In this document: positions 1 through 9,319 of the stretch, piece after piece
Layout: each line of letters starts with the position of its first letter
Position numbering within the stretch: position 1 is the first letter of the stretch
DNA from: Lepidodermella squamata
Taxonomy: Eukaryota; Animalia; Gastrotricha
Length of the DNA: 64,000 nt
Direction: 5' to 3'
Assembly: GCA_047495785.1 (NCBI GenBank)
Contig: JBLDXI010000056.1
Span: 62,001-126,000 of the forward strand
Made by a program: the position numbers and the translations under genes
Notes under the pieces: generated by a model
Seen by the model: the letters and a program-made list of their open reading frames with translations, nothing else
What the model was told of the DNA's origin: nothing
Database searches by the model: none

Positions 1-272
1 AGCTTTGTCGTTAAAGGCAGCTTCGGTTTGGGTACTAGGTGGAGAACAATACGATCAGCGTCAGCAGCTTTCACTACCGCATCAAGGTCTTCTTCTTCAA
101 GAATGATGAAGACATGCTCACCGTCCTTCAACGCTAGTTCAGCTTCGCTAGCCAAATCTTTCCCGAAGAACTTGCGGATTTTTATTTTCAGACGTTCGAT
201 ATTGCTAACACCTTCTTCGTAGTGGGCAAAAACCGCAATCTTGCTGTCTCCTGCGACGATCTTCAGCAACAT
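1..272 (-). CDS. 5' part of a gene running off the window edge; PB1-like N-terminal domain
   Basis: Manual translation from ATG at 272 is open to base 1: MLLKIVAGDSKIAVF...LALKDGEHVFIILEEEDLDAVVK. The 'DGE-V-I-EEEDL-A' segment resembles the acidic OPCA motif of PB1 domains. Not in the ORF track because it is truncated. Confidence 0.5.
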   Translation of the reverse strand, partial: MLLKIVAGDSKIAVFAHYEEGVSNIERLKIKIRKFFGKDLASEAELALKDGEHVFIILEEEDLDAVVKAADADRIVLHLVPKPKLPLTTK

Positions 273-602
273 ATCAAAAATACTGTGGAAAATATGATTG
301 ATCATTGGAAAACAAGTGATAAAAATAGAATTAAATGATAAATATATGCCCGAAAGACTTATTAAATTCTTGATTTAAAAAAAGTGAAGAACTTGAGTAT
401 TATCCACATATATACGAAAGAATAAATTCATCTATCACTGCAATATTACTCTGAGGAAAAAATCTGGCTCAACAGAAGACAAAGCTGGTATGACAAAAAC
501 AAAAAAAAGAACGAAGTAGGCCAACACGCCACCCAGTGCGAGGTCCATCGCTCATCAATAATAAATAACTCATTTTTTGCGGGCATTGCGCAGCATATTG
601 CG

Positions 603-920
603 TTGAAGCCTCTAGAAAAAGGAGCAAACCAGGCTGAAAAGCACGTGGTAGACATGTCGGGGACAGGAATAGCTCATCAACAGTATCGTCAACAGGAAGA
701 TAAACAATGTTTTCTGGGTCAACTCAAATTGAAGCCTCTAGAAAAAGGAGTAATCCAGGACAAAACGCACGTGCCTGACATGCCGAAGCGACGGGCATAA
801 CGATTAACGATGATTTTTTCTGGGTCAACTCTCTGAGCACATGGCATAGAAGCCTCTAGAACATCCCGGACGAAAAGCACGTGGCTGGCATGCTGGCGGG
901 ACTGGCATAGCTGACCAACA
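603..920. repeat. Three degenerate ~125-bp direct repeats, each with a CACGTG box, between divergent genes
   Basis: GAAGCCTCTAGAA recurs at ~605, ~731 and ~849, each followed by CACGTG and CATG segments. Confidence 0.75.
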
Positions 921-1075
921 GCCTCAGTCGCTCGTTTTGCGTTTTAAAAGGCACGTTGTTTTCTAGTTTTATTGCAATCGTCGCGCCGGCGCGTAACGAG
1001 CCAACGTTTTTCTATGTTTTCCATTTGCCTGACCCTCTCATATCATTTTTGTTTTTTCTCTAGATAGTTGTTGAA

Positions 1076-1865
1076 ATGAGCGAAGACGTGGGCATTGTGA
1101 ATAAAATGGATTGCTTTGTGCGAAAAGCAACATGTTATCTAACCATGCGGTAAGTTGAAACAAACATTGTTCGTCAAGTGATATTTGATTTCTGCTTCTT
1201 TTAAAGCCTGAAATTAGAGTTGTCTGCCGAGGAAAGTGACGAAATTACTGAAATCTTAAGCATCCTCTCGAACGAATACAACGCTGAAGGAAGTTCTAAA
1301 ACGCAAAGAAAAAACAGATCAGTAAGTACTATTTCATTTTTTCCTCGGATGAAATATTTAATTTGTTTAATTTCTTAAGCCTTCGGCGAAATTCGATTTG
1401 CTACAATTTCTTCGAAGCTGCGAGCCACAACGACCGGCCCCTCAAACCGGCAGCTGTGAGACATGTTTACCTGATGCCCGTACGGAAGATGCATTAATAT
1501 CTGATTTGAAAGCCAAATTTGTTAATTTCTTGAATTTTCGTTCGAAATCACTTTATTCTGCATATGACTTGGGCTTCTCTTTGTTTGTTTATAAATCGAA
1601 ATTCTTTAAAAAAACTGGTAGCAAAGGCTTTGCAACCATTCTAGCCAAAACTGTCCTCCATCAGCGCAATGTCTCTAGTAAGTCGTGGATAAACAAATGC
1701 CTGCGTTTGTACCAACTCTTTAGAGATTTTCCGCATCTGATGTATTTGAATGTCGGTGTCGAAAAAATGCTGAAATTGTCCATTGATATATTTGCTTTGC
1801 TGAAATCAAGTGATGATGCTAGACAATGGTACGAGACCCTGTCTCGTTTTGCTACTGAAATGTGA
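1076..1865 (+). CDS. Three-exon gene of unknown function (~224 aa); exons 1076-1149, 1207-1321, 1380-1865
   Basis: Two GTAAGT...AG introns (57 and 58 nt) join ATG 1076 in frame to the 1398-1865 ORF (MSEDVGIV...TMR/LKLELSAEE...NRS/PSAKFDLLQFLRS...). Confidence 0.75.
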
Positions 1866-2127
1866 TTTTCGTTTTGCTGTATGGTAACTTATATTTTGAT
1901 TTCATTATTGTCAAGAAGAGATAATTCGTTGTGCTAGTCTGATCTTCAAATTGCCGGCATTTGAATTTCAGACTATCCCTCGAAAAAGTCTCTGTGACGT
2001 AATGAGTTGAAATATTTGTCAACATTCGGCCTTTTCGAATTCGTCTTGCGCTTCGTCAATTGTAACACGTTTGAAATGTCTTAATGATTGTTAATTTGTC
2101 GTCAAACATGGCTCGCTTCGTCATTTC

Positions 2128-2246
2128 CTCATTCCATATTTCAACTACCATAAATGCATGTAACGGGTTTTTCATAGTTCAAACTGCCGGCGTTTGAAAA
2201 ATGAATCATTCGTCATGCATTTATGGTAGTTGAAATATGGAATGAG
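2128..2246. repeat. Perfect 33-bp inverted repeat (hairpin) between convergent genes
   Basis: CTCATTCCATATTTCAACTACCATAAATGCATG (2128-2160) is the exact reverse complement of 2214-2246. Confidence 0.9.
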
Positions 2247-2338
2247 AAAGCTGAAGTTGAGAAAGCGTTTTATTACGAATAATACGAAGAATAAAAGTGA
2301 ATGTAGTAAACATAATAAATAATGAAATGTCTTTGGCG

Positions 2339-5300
2339 TCAATTTACATTACTCGTCTTATAATGGCCATGGGCAAGCGTTGCCACACCATCGGCACATA
2401 CCCACCGTTTATCATCGTACGGCGTCATTGCCACTTTAGTATTTTGAATCGACACAACTCGGTGGTTAAAAGAACGAATTTGATTGAACTTCACAGCCAA
2501 TGGCACCTTTTCTAAAACGCAATTTCTGTAGTCATCTGCTGCTATGTTGCGCTTGACACAAGTTTTCTTAATGCCTTTAGCCTTCTTCATTTCTTTCATG
2601 TCTTCCATGACGATGCAATAGTTTTTAGCCCGGACTCCAATAAATTCAACAATATTTTTGCCCACGCTTTCATCTTTCATTTTACCAATCACTTTTTTAT
2701 TTTTATCGGAGTAACAAAAATGATCTTTCGGATAATCTGAGAAATCCATTAGGTGGTCATAAGCTTTCAAATCGTGATACACATCTTCCGTTTGGATGTG
2801 GTAGCAAAGAGAATCCGTGTCAGTAAACAGAAGTTTTGCATTTGACCCATAATGCTTTTTAATAGTATTGTAATGAAAGTCATACATGAGGACTTTTGAC
2901 AGCTCCAGAACACAGGCGCCGACAATTATTGGCCTATCATATACGATGGATGTCTTTGCCATGTTAACTGAAATTAAATTATCAGAGATAAGTTTAGCGC
3001 TTTTGAAATTGGGCTTATTAATCAGCTTTTGTAACTGGTCTTCGCGCGTTACGAATCTAGCATCCGACCGTTTTCTGAGGTTTTCACATGTTTTGCCAAA
3101 TATAGCGTTGTTCATTAATTTAAAAAAATCTTTGTCGACTTCAGTTTTAGCTTGTTTTCGCATTTCAGTGTTGAATTCAATGTAAGGGGCCAGCCATTTG
3201 CTCTGTTTGAATTTCAGAACTTTGTGTATCTTACTCAATACCAAGCCATTTTCCAGGGCTTGTTTGAGGTTTCTATAATGTAAAACATAACTGGTTTTCG
3301 GCTTGAGGTTAGAAACTAGTTTGTCAACTTTCCCAGGTTTCGGTAGCGAGAGTTCGTTGGAAATGTTCTTCATGAATGGGCTTGGTTCACACGTCATTTG
3401 TTCAGCACAGAATGGATAATCGTTGTGCAGATCGTGTAGCTGTTCCGGGTAGTCAAGGTCGACTTCAAAGATGTACCCGTACTTATCATCCTCTAACAGC
3501 TCCATGATGACATCGTTATTGAAGTTTTTAACGTCACACCATTGGAATTCTCCAATTGGCAGTGCCTGAGACATCGCCCAGCCGTACAGATTGTTTGCGT
3601 CGAGGTAGATAATGTATGAGCTTTCTTTGTTCTTCACATATTTCGCCATGTACTTATTATTTGCTTCCGCATGCCTGTGGACAATGACACTCATACCGCC
3701 TCTCAGCCCTCTTTCTATGAACTCCAGCTTTTTTTCATCTTGTAGGAGCTCAATGCTCACTCCGGTCTTCTTCAGCATTGCATCCCAAGATAAGCCAGGC
3801 GCTGTCAAATACCAAGCAGGATCCAGACCGTAATGTCCCTGACAAGTCGCCCGGAAAGTTTCAAAACAATCAGCAAGCAGCAAAACGTCAGTCTTCAAAT
3901 AAAGGTGGTGGTAATCCAACATAGTTTTGCAGTCAAACTTGTCCCAAACCCGCTGAGCATGCTTGTATTCTTCGTCAGAAATCGAAACAGGCTCCATTTT
4001 CCCCCCTGCTGTAGCGCTTGAATTTAACGATGATGCAAAAGATTCGATAGGTGGTAATTTGTTCTCTAGTAAGCGATCTTTGTTGTCTATATACTCATAA
4101 ACCCCCTTACGCAAAAGCAGGTCAGCTTGCTCCTCATTCAGCCCTTTGAACTGGCTCCTCAGATGTTTGAATTTCCCACCGGATGCCTTCAGATTTTCCA
4201 CGCATTGTTCCAAACTGGTGCTCATGAACTGGAAGCTGTCGATGAATCTCAGCCACCCAACGGTGAAACTGAGATATTTCTCCTCACTATTTACTATTGC
4301 TTTTAACCGCATCAAATTAAAATTGTTGGCATCTTTCTTTAACATTTCATTATATTTGTTTATTTCATCACCAATGGCTTGCATAATAAAATGGCTATCA
4401 TAGCCCCGCAAGTTATGAAAGACAACTGGGGTATATGTATTTTTATAACTGTATTGTAAATTACATCTGCTATGTGCAGCTCCTCGAAATTTACCTGTGA
4501 GATGATCATGATCTCTAACTTTCGAATCACCATCATTCCGATCAGCTACGAATGTTCTGTTACAGATGTGGCAAGCCGATGCATTGTCATACTCTTTTTG
4601 TTGTTCAGCAGTTAATTTCTCCATTGCGACATTCGTATTATTGAGATACTCTCTAATTTTCTTTTGTTGTCGAAACAAATACTGCAAAAAACTAGAGGTT
4701 GAATCAAAAGTATGATAACTGGAGCGAAATGAGTCAACAGTACTAAGGAAATAACAACCGTAAGAATTAGCTTCATGCCTTTGGTAAATTTCGGAGTTTT
4801 CTCCCTTCTTCTCGCTGGCGTTAAGCAAAGTGCTTTCCGTATCACAGTAAAAAATGAACGGAACAGGCAACTGCTTTGCATAGTTTTTGAATAGGCAAAA
4901 CTTGTTCTCAGGGAAAGCCACCTTCACTTTATCGGAGAGCACTACACACTTGTTGTTTTTCAAGTGGTTCTCATGGCTTGTCTGGCTTGAAAAAGGAACC
5001 AAACACTTCATACACCAGTAAGTTTGATGCTCGTGCGATCTAGTGGAAGCTAATAGTCGGCTAACATTCTTCAGCCAGCTAAAATGGGCTGTCCGGCCAT
5101 CATTTGTTCGAAGTAAATCAATTGTTCTTGGATAATTCTGTTCTGAGGCATAGAAAGGAATAATGTTGTGCTTACCATTCTCCTCGTAGTAATCCAAAAT
5201 ATTTAAACATAGCTGATTGTTCTCTTCCAGCTTTGCGATGTCTTGTAAATTGACGGGGAAAGAGACGCCATCGCAATTGATCTCACGCTCATACTTTGTG

Positions 5301-6247
5301 TAATTGGTGATACGATGTGGATTCGCATCAACTGGATGAAGGCACGCAAGCATACTCCAGATGATACATTTTTCATCCGAATTTTGAACGTTAACAACGG
5401 CATTCTTTTTCTTTATGTATTCTGGCGTTGCAATAAAACTTCCTCCACCCAGTGGCTGGTATTTATAAACCCATAATCTAGCCCCTCGAATATCCTCAAC
5501 TGTCCACCCACTGCCTCTCGCTTGAAATTCCTCTATACTATTCCCGAGCTGTGAAAAGAGTAGATCAGCGCAATCGGAAATTTGATCTGGACGGAGAAGT
5601 GTTGGAGCTGCAGCTTTGGTTGAACTCCATTTGAAAAATACTTTTTGCAGATCATTATTTTCCATTTTGAAATTGATTTCAATGGTCAGCGTCGCTTTGA
5701 TAGGCCCAAATTTGCCTAATTGAAATGCCAACTCATTTTTTATTTTATTTTTCATTCTCGAAGTGTAGGAGTGGTAGTCTCTTTCAGTATTGAAATGAAT
5801 AAATTTGGTTTTTTGGATGACCCTATTGAATCGCCCGGAGCCTTCTTTTCTTTCGTAACGAACATAATCAGACTTCTCGAGACTGTTTGTCGATTGAATG
5901 TGCACATAATCAGAATTGACAAGCCTTTGAAAACTAGGACCACCGATCTTAATGTGCTTATAAGTTTCGGGATTTATTACATAACCTTCCCTACTTGGCT
6001 TTTTAATGAATTTGCTAGCCTTTAAAACATATCCCTTTTTCTTCAGTTCTTCGTACTTACCATCGCCTATTATAATATTCCCGCCAGTTAATGGATCAGA
6101 TGCCCATCCAATAGGAGCTTTCGATGTGTACTTGACAAACTGATTGATTCTCTCGTCATAATAATATTCGCCTTTGCTAATCAAACGATTGAATGCTCGA
6201 GAATTTATAGACAATTTTCTGCGTGTTTCAGGATTAATGACCTTCAT
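2339..6247 (-). CDS. Protein-primed family B DNA polymerase (pPolB) with N-terminal extension and inserted endonuclease VII-like zinc domain
   Basis: Exo motifs (YCDTES, FHNLRGYD, YLKTDVLLL), Pol motifs (YLDANNLYG, KLMNNAIFGK, FTDTDS) and CHIC...VRDHDHLTGKFRGAAHSRCN insertion. 1302 aa, uninterrupted. Confidence 0.97.
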   Translation of the reverse strand: MKVINPETRRKLSINSRAFNRLISKGEYYYDERINQFVKYTSKAPIGWASDPLTGGNIIIGDGKYEELKKKGYVLKASKFIKKPSREGYVINPETYKHIKIGGPSFQRLVNSDYVHIQSTNSLEKSDYVRYERKEGSGRFNRVIQKTKFIHFNTERDYHSYTSRMKNKIKNELAFQLGKFGPIKATLTIEINFKMENNDLQKVFFKWSSTKAAAPTLLRPDQISDCADLLFSQLGNSIEEFQARGSGWTVEDIRGARLWVYKYQPLGGGSFIATPEYIKKKNAVVNVQNSDEKCIIWSMLACLHPVDANPHRITNYTKYEREINCDGVSFPVNLQDIAKLEENNQLCLNILDYYEENGKHNIIPFYASEQNYPRTIDLLRTNDGRTAHFSWLKNVSRLLASTRSHEHQTYWCMKCLVPFSSQTSHENHLKNNKCVVLSDKVKVAFPENKFCLFKNYAKQLPVPFIFYCDTESTLLNASEKKGENSEIYQRHEANSYGCYFLSTVDSFRSSYHTFDSTSSFLQYLFRQQKKIREYLNNTNVAMEKLTAEQQKEYDNASACHICNRTFVADRNDGDSKVRDHDHLTGKFRGAAHSRCNLQYSYKNTYTPVVFHNLRGYDSHFIMQAIGDEINKYNEMLKKDANNFNLMRLKAIVNSEEKYLSFTVGWLRFIDSFQFMSTSLEQCVENLKASGGKFKHLRSQFKGLNEEQADLLLRKGVYEYIDNKDRLLENKLPPIESFASSLNSSATAGGKMEPVSISDEEYKHAQRVWDKFDCKTMLDYHHLYLKTDVLLLADCFETFRATCQGHYGLDPAWYLTAPGLSWDAMLKKTGVSIELLQDEKKLEFIERGLRGGMSVIVHRHAEANNKYMAKYVKNKESSYIIYLDANNLYGWAMSQALPIGEFQWCDVKNFNNDVIMELLEDDKYGYIFEVDLDYPEQLHDLHNDYPFCAEQMTCEPSPFMKNISNELSLPKPGKVDKLVSNLKPKTSYVLHYRNLKQALENGLVLSKIHKVLKFKQSKWLAPYIEFNTEMRKQAKTEVDKDFFKLMNNAIFGKTCENLRKRSDARFVTREDQLQKLINKPNFKSAKLISDNLISVNMAKTSIVYDRPIIVGACVLELSKVLMYDFHYNTIKKHYGSNAKLLFTDTDSLCYHIQTEDVYHDLKAYDHLMDFSDYPKDHFCYSDKNKKVIGKMKDESVGKNIVEFIGVRAKNYCIVMEDMKEMKKAKGIKKTCVKRNIAADDYRNCVLEKVPLAVKFNQIRSFNHRVVSIQNTKVAMTPYDDKRWVCADGVATLAHGHYKTSNVN

Positions 6248-6291
6248 TATTCACCAGAAGTGTTTGTGATTTTTGATACCAGTATATAACC

Positions 6292-6389
6292 TATATATAG
6301 AAAATAATTTTTAAGCCATTACCGAGAATTGTCAATAGTAAATTTTGATTTTTTAAGAAAAACGCCTTAAAAATTATTTTCTATATATA
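6292..6389. promoter_or_regulatory. 24-bp perfect inverted repeat with TATATA arms; putative symmetric bidirectional promoter
   Basis: TATATATAGAAAATAATTTTTAAG (6292-6315) and its reverse complement (6366-6389) lie between the divergent pPolB and 86-aa ORF starts. Confidence 0.6.
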
Positions 6390-6395
6390 AATTAT

Positions 6396-6656
6396 ATGAG
6401 TTTATATACTGAACCTATCATGACAACTATAAGCATTACAAACGACTGCTCTCCCACCAAAGAGAAAAGGTCTGTCATCAGAAGTGGCGATGCCAGTTAC
6501 CCGCGTTGGGTAAAATACGCCACGGAAGAGGAGCGGAAAGAGGCTAGAAAACTATCGATGAATGCGGCGAAGAAAAGATATGAGGACAAAAAGAAAAGAA
6601 TCATGCAGGAGTACATGCAGTTAAAAGCCCTTTTAATGAATATTTCTGCAAATTAA
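6396..6656 (+). CDS. Small basic helical protein of the Polinton (86 aa)
   Basis: ATG-initiated ORF filling the gap between pPolB and integrase; charged helix KYATEEERKEARKLSMNAAKKRYEDKKK. Confidence 0.7.
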   Translation: MSLYTEPIMTTISITNDCSPTKEKRSVIRSGDASYPRWVKYATEEERKEARKLSMNAAKKRYEDKKKRIMQEYMQLKALLMNISAN

Positions 6657-6768
6657 TTTAAGAATTTATTTCTACCTATAAGATAAGAAGTGTTTGTGAT
6701 TTTAGCCTTATCATCAGGGCATATGAAAATGTGACGGTTCCATATGCCTTGCATGCCAATTTAAATCA

Positions 6769-8313
6769 TTAATCAATAACATTTTCTGCATTTTCCCATG
6801 TGGGTTTGTCATAACCCGACCATTTGATTAAAACCAACTCTTTTCCTTTAACTTTCTTCCTATCCAAAATTTTCTCAACTCTATACACGTCATCTACCTG
6901 CTGTTTCGATTTTTGCATTTCTTGCTCGTAAAAACTACCGAAAACAGGCTCGCCGTCCATTGCTTCTATCTGGTATGTTCTCGGATATGTGTCATTTATT
7001 TTTACAACTCGCAATAGTTCTTCGCTCCATGAAGGGTGATATCCTTTTTCGAATGCGCCTTTTACGCGGCTTATCCTAATCACGTCACCCAGCGCAAATT
7101 TCGGCTTTTCCAATTTTTCTTCTCGTTCCGGGGGATTCAGCCTAGAATGGACTTTGTTGTGGTTTTTGGGATCGCTGGCCTCGATGGGAGTCATTCCTAT
7201 CGACCGATGCAGAGAATTATTATAATCACTGACCAAGCTATCGAGCATGTCAACCCAGTTACGGGTGTTGTCCAGTGTGAACCTTTTCCACATCTTGGTT
7301 TTCAAAGTTCGGTTGAACCTTTCTATGATAGGATTGTGAAAATTCTCATAAGTCGAATACCTGTTAACATTATTAGCTTTCAGCCATTTCGTGAACACAG
7401 CATTGTAAAATTCACTGCCTTGATCTACCCACATATTTTTGGGCTTCCTGTTGCTTTCTCGGACCACAGACAAAAATGCATCAAAAACATTTTTTGCATC
7501 CTTGCTCTTAAGTGCGACAGCCCAAGCATATTTGGAAAAGCAATCTATAATCGTGAGTAAATACTTATGCTGGTTATTTTCTTCGGATAAATCGCTCAGA
7601 AACACGATATCCATGCCCCAGGTTTCGTCGATATCGTGAATATACACTCGCCTGCGGGGAAAATGCTTCCGGGCCGGTTTATGAAGTTCCTCGGAGAGAA
7701 CGTGGAATTTTACTTTGCTTGAGCTTTGATCTGCATCCGTCTCTTTTTTCGACGCTGGGACTGCTTGCGTTGTTTTGGCGCCGCTTTGCGCTTTTTTCCT
7801 TGGTCGTTTTGGTTGCGGAACCTCGCCGATATATTTTGTTCCAGTATAATCCACAGGTTTCCTTTGCCGCAATTCGTATCCTTCTCCGCGGCACTCGCGT
7901 TCTTTAGGAGGAAGCTCATGGCCCGTCAGCCCTTGACCGCCATGGAATCTATCGGCTAAGCCTCCTTCGTGAAAGGTTTTGAAAACGAAGGCAGCCATGG
8001 CTCTCTCGTATCCGTTTTTAGAATCGTCGTTGGCTATCTTGAAAGCTTCTTCGGCTAGAAGTCTGTCTGCTCTTGTCCGCATTTCTCGATCTTTAAATTT
8101 CCAATAGTAATAGTCGTGAGTTTTAGCTGCTTTGTCCAAATCATTGATTCCTTCATATCCTTCCTTCATGCGCTGGACGAAATTTGTACCTGGCCCAGCG
8201 TAACTGTATTTCTGCGTGTTGTTGAATGATCCGTTGGAACGATGCTCGCCTTTGACCGGGTAAGAGGGAAGATGCAATTCTACCGGCAAGTTATTGATAA
8301 TTCCGTCGAACAT
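6769..8313 (-). CDS. Fusion of parvovirus-type phospholipase A2 domain, RVE (DDE) integrase and chromodomain
   Basis: N-term YAGPGT Ca-loop and DLDKAAKTHDYYY (HD dyad); integrase WGMD, VDQGSEF, IERFNRTLK; C-term YRVEKILDRK...IKWSGYDKPTWE chromodomain. Confidence 0.95.
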   Translation of the reverse strand: MFDGIINNLPVELHLPSYPVKGEHRSNGSFNNTQKYSYAGPGTNFVQRMKEGYEGINDLDKAAKTHDYYYWKFKDREMRTRADRLLAEEAFKIANDDSKNGYERAMAAFVFKTFHEGGLADRFHGGQGLTGHELPPKERECRGEGYELRQRKPVDYTGTKYIGEVPQPKRPRKKAQSGAKTTQAVPASKKETDADQSSSKVKFHVLSEELHKPARKHFPRRRVYIHDIDETWGMDIVFLSDLSEENNQHKYLLTIIDCFSKYAWAVALKSKDAKNVFDAFLSVVRESNRKPKNMWVDQGSEFYNAVFTKWLKANNVNRYSTYENFHNPIIERFNRTLKTKMWKRFTLDNTRNWVDMLDSLVSDYNNSLHRSIGMTPIEASDPKNHNKVHSRLNPPEREEKLEKPKFALGDVIRISRVKGAFEKGYHPSWSEELLRVVKINDTYPRTYQIEAMDGEPVFGSFYEQEMQKSKQQVDDVYRVEKILDRKKVKGKELVLIKWSGYDKPTWENAENVID

Positions 8314-8359
8314 TTCACAATGCTTATCACAGCATTAGAAATTTCTAACCTGAATTAAA

Positions 8360-9082
8360 ATGATCAATTTTGATGAAATAATTCCAAAAAGCGAGTCTAT
8401 GCCACTCAATATTTCCCCTTTTTACCCGCAGCATTGTTTCCGAGCAATTATTATCGGTCCAAGTAATAGCGGGAAAACTAATGATTTGCTCAATATCATC
8501 CATCATTCTGTTTTTCATAAGCTGCACATTTACTCTAAAACCTTGGATGAAGACAAATACCAGTTTTTGATAAATTTGCAGAAAGCTAAAGAAGCCGAGT
8601 TGAAAATGAAAGGGGTAAACGAGTCACTTATCCACTTTTCCACAGATATAGCGGATGTCGTGCCCCTTGATAAGCTTGACAAGAAATATCAGCACTTGTT
8701 TGTCTTTGATGATATTTGTCTGGAAAATGCTAAAAGCCAAGAGAAATACATCGGCGATCTCTACATCAGGTCGCGAAAGTACAATTGTTCCGTGGTTTAT
8801 TTGAGTCAGTCATATTTCAAAATTCCGAAAATAATTCGCGACAATGCGCAGTTCATTGTTTTGAAAAAGCTGAATGATGGACGCGAACTGCAAACAATTC
8901 ACAGAATTTATGCAGCAGAAATAGAAAAGCCTGTGTTCCTGAAAAAGTACGAATTGAGCGTTTCGTCCAATAATAATCACGGTTCTTTTATAATAGACAG
9001 CGTGATAAAACATAAATCGCTGAAGCTAAGAGCAAATTATACGGGGATTTTTGTCAGCGAATCTGATTCAGCTGGGGCCTGA
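8360..9082 (+). CDS. A32/FtsK-like genome packaging ATPase
   Basis: Walker A GPSNSGKT, Walker B LFVFDD, and RSRKYNCSVVYLSQSYFKIPKIIRDN motif typical of A32-like ATPases. Confidence 0.95.
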   Translation: MINFDEIIPKSESMPLNISPFYPQHCFRAIIIGPSNSGKTNDLLNIIHHSVFHKLHIYSKTLDEDKYQFLINLQKAKEAELKMKGVNESLIHFSTDIADVVPLDKLDKKYQHLFVFDDICLENAKSQEKYIGDLYIRSRKYNCSVVYLSQSYFKIPKIIRDNAQFIVLKKLNDGRELQTIHRIYAAEIEKPVFLKKYELSVSSNNNHGSFIIDSVIKHKSLKLRANYTGIFVSESDSAGA

Positions 9083-9319
9083 GCGCGCCCCTGGTAAATT
9101 CCCAAACTCTCTCAATATTTCTGAGGCCGGATTTATTAACTTGCGTCGGAAATCGCAATATTTGCTGTTTTAAGCTGGGTTAAACTAGAATGTTTTCCGT
9201 TCAAATGAGTCGAAACGGAATTTTTCCCATGGCCTGATACTCTATCTTGAATTCTTCAACACTGAACGCATTCGGTTAATTCGGTAAAATCTGATTGAGA
9301 AAATCTAGTGGTAAACCAA

